Of a stretch of DNA of 24,000 bases, positions 23,045 to 24,000 are shown piece after piece (position 1 is the stretch's first letter; each line of letters begins with the position of its first letter). The notes under the pieces are model-generated. The model was not told the origin of the DNA, searched no databases, and saw nothing but the letters and a program-made list of their open reading frames with translations. Source of the DNA: Oscillospiraceae bacterium. Its GTDB lineage: Bacteria > Bacillota > Clostridia > Oscillospirales > Oscillospiraceae. Made by a program: the position numbers and the translations under genes. Location: the NCBI GenBank assembly GCA_022795735.1, contig JAAWHG010000007.1, forward strand, positions 49,770 through 73,769. The letters are read 5' to 3'.

Positions 23045-23686
23045 ATGAAAACAATCAAGGAACGGGATATGGAACTGGAAAGGCTCTGGGAGGAGCTTGA
23101 GGATGTGCCGATGGATCCTGAGACGGAGTGCATTGAAGAATCGTTTCATATCTGGCCGGCGGGAACGGATCGAGAGAAAATCTGGCGCTGGTTTGACAAT
23201 CGCCACAGCAAAGGCGTGGTTTATCTGCTGTATGGAGACGGTATCGACCGCACCGATCAGATTGCCAAGCTGGTTTATCTGGACGAACTTTGTTTTGAGT
23301 GCGAATCCCAGACCTGCCAGTTTAATCATGGGGGCGAATGCAGATTTGCTCTGGTACATGAACGGAAGCCGGTCATTACTGAAGAAAACGGCTGCACTGA
23401 TTACTACTGCCGCAACAATCCCCCCACACCCGCCCCAATGGTAATCCCGCCCGCGCTGGGAGTGGGGACGCCTTTGGGAGATCTTGTGGTGAGGACGACC
23501 GTAGGCTCGAAGCGCCTTGGATACCTTATTAATCTGCTCTGCCCGGATTTAAACATTGAAAGCCCAGTGGTTCGTGTCGAAGTTGTTGGTGATGGTTCTG
23601 ACGCTCCAAATCATGACAAAGAAATTCAGGTCCACGTCTGGAACAATCCCGAAAAAACTTTTTTAAATGATGAGCAACTTTTTTGA
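23045..23686 (+). CDS. Hypothetical protein
   Basis: AAAGGAGAA RBS, 213 aa, Cys cluster CFECESQTCQFNHGGEC. Confidence 0.75.
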   Translation: MKTIKERDMELERLWEELEDVPMDPETECIEESFHIWPAGTDREKIWRWFDNRHSKGVVYLLYGDGIDRTDQIAKLVYLDELCFECESQTCQFNHGGECRFALVHERKPVITEENGCTDYYCRNNPPTPAPMVIPPALGVGTPLGDLVVRTTVGSKRLGYLINLLCPDLNIESPVVRVEVVGDGSDAPNHDKEIQVHVWNNPEKTFLNDEQLF

Positions 23687-23706
23687 AAGAGGAGTGAAGA
23701 ATAAAA

Positions 23707-24000
23707 GTGAAGTGCTATCGAAATGGATCGTGCGGACCTTATGAATCAAGATCGTGTTCCCAATGCCCCGCCAGCAAACCGTCTTATCGTCTCAAGCGCT
23801 CCCTAAACTCGCAAAATCCTGAAAAGCCTCTGAACCCCCAGAATGCACAGAAACGGTATGAGATGTTCAAACTCCAGTGGATGATCGACCACGGACATAC
23901 CTTGAAGGAACTGATCCATGAACTCACAGAATACATGGAGGACCGCAACTTGGAAATGAGTCCGGAAGATGTGTTTGGCGAGTGGGAGTCTGGGCGAGGG
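23707..24000 (+). CDS. Hypothetical protein, 5' part (continues beyond the window)
   Basis: GAGGAG at 23690-23695, then GTG at 23707. The frame stays open for 98 codons to the window end (VKCYRNGSCGPYESRSCSQCPASKP...). Confidence 0.5.
   Translation, partial: MKCYRNGSCGPYESRSCSQCPASKPSYRLKRSLNSQNPEKPLNPQNAQKRYEMFKLQWMIDHGHTLKELIHELTEYMEDRNLEMSPEDVFGEWESGRG

Overview
The window reads like the accessory or early-type region of a Firmicutes (Clostridia-like) phage, prophage or other large mobile element. No integrase or structural module is visible. About 35 short + strand CDSs with GGAGG-type RBSs, most of unknown function, form transcription units. Each unit is bounded by a recurrent non-canonical promoter (CT[A/G]ATA-N17-TAtaaT with CCG directly 5' of the -10) and an intrinsic terminator. 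Recognisable content: (1) A minus-strand secreted protein that runs off the left edge. (2) A T4 gp1-like dNMP kinase bracketed by two diverged copies of a two-gene cassette (genes A and B); the B genes are built from a ~45-aa tandem module. (3) A complete IS608-like IS200/IS605 element: TnpA, TnpB, bulged-T end hairpins and an omega RNA region. (4) A minus-strand operon: small protein, SpoVT/AbrB-like regulator, Cys-rich protein, small protein, NAD-dependent DNA ligase LigA. (5) A solo IscB nuclease with a structured upstream omega-RNA region that truncates a phage gene. (6) A secreted transglutaminase-like protein. (7) A tRNA-Pro(UGG) with its own canonical sigmaA promoter and terminator, sitting among gene debris. 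(8) A SprT-like metalloprotease and a possible ATP-grasp-like protein. Several reading frames are interrupted by in-frame stop codons without frameshifts. An 11-mer (GCCTTTGCGGG), often next to G-run tracts, recurs five times in intergenic DNA. The best candidate for an undescribed system is the duplicated A/B cassette around the dNMP kinase; the promoter family and the nonsense-interrupted genes are also worth follow-up. All family assignments come from motif recognition by eye and memory. No database search was possible.
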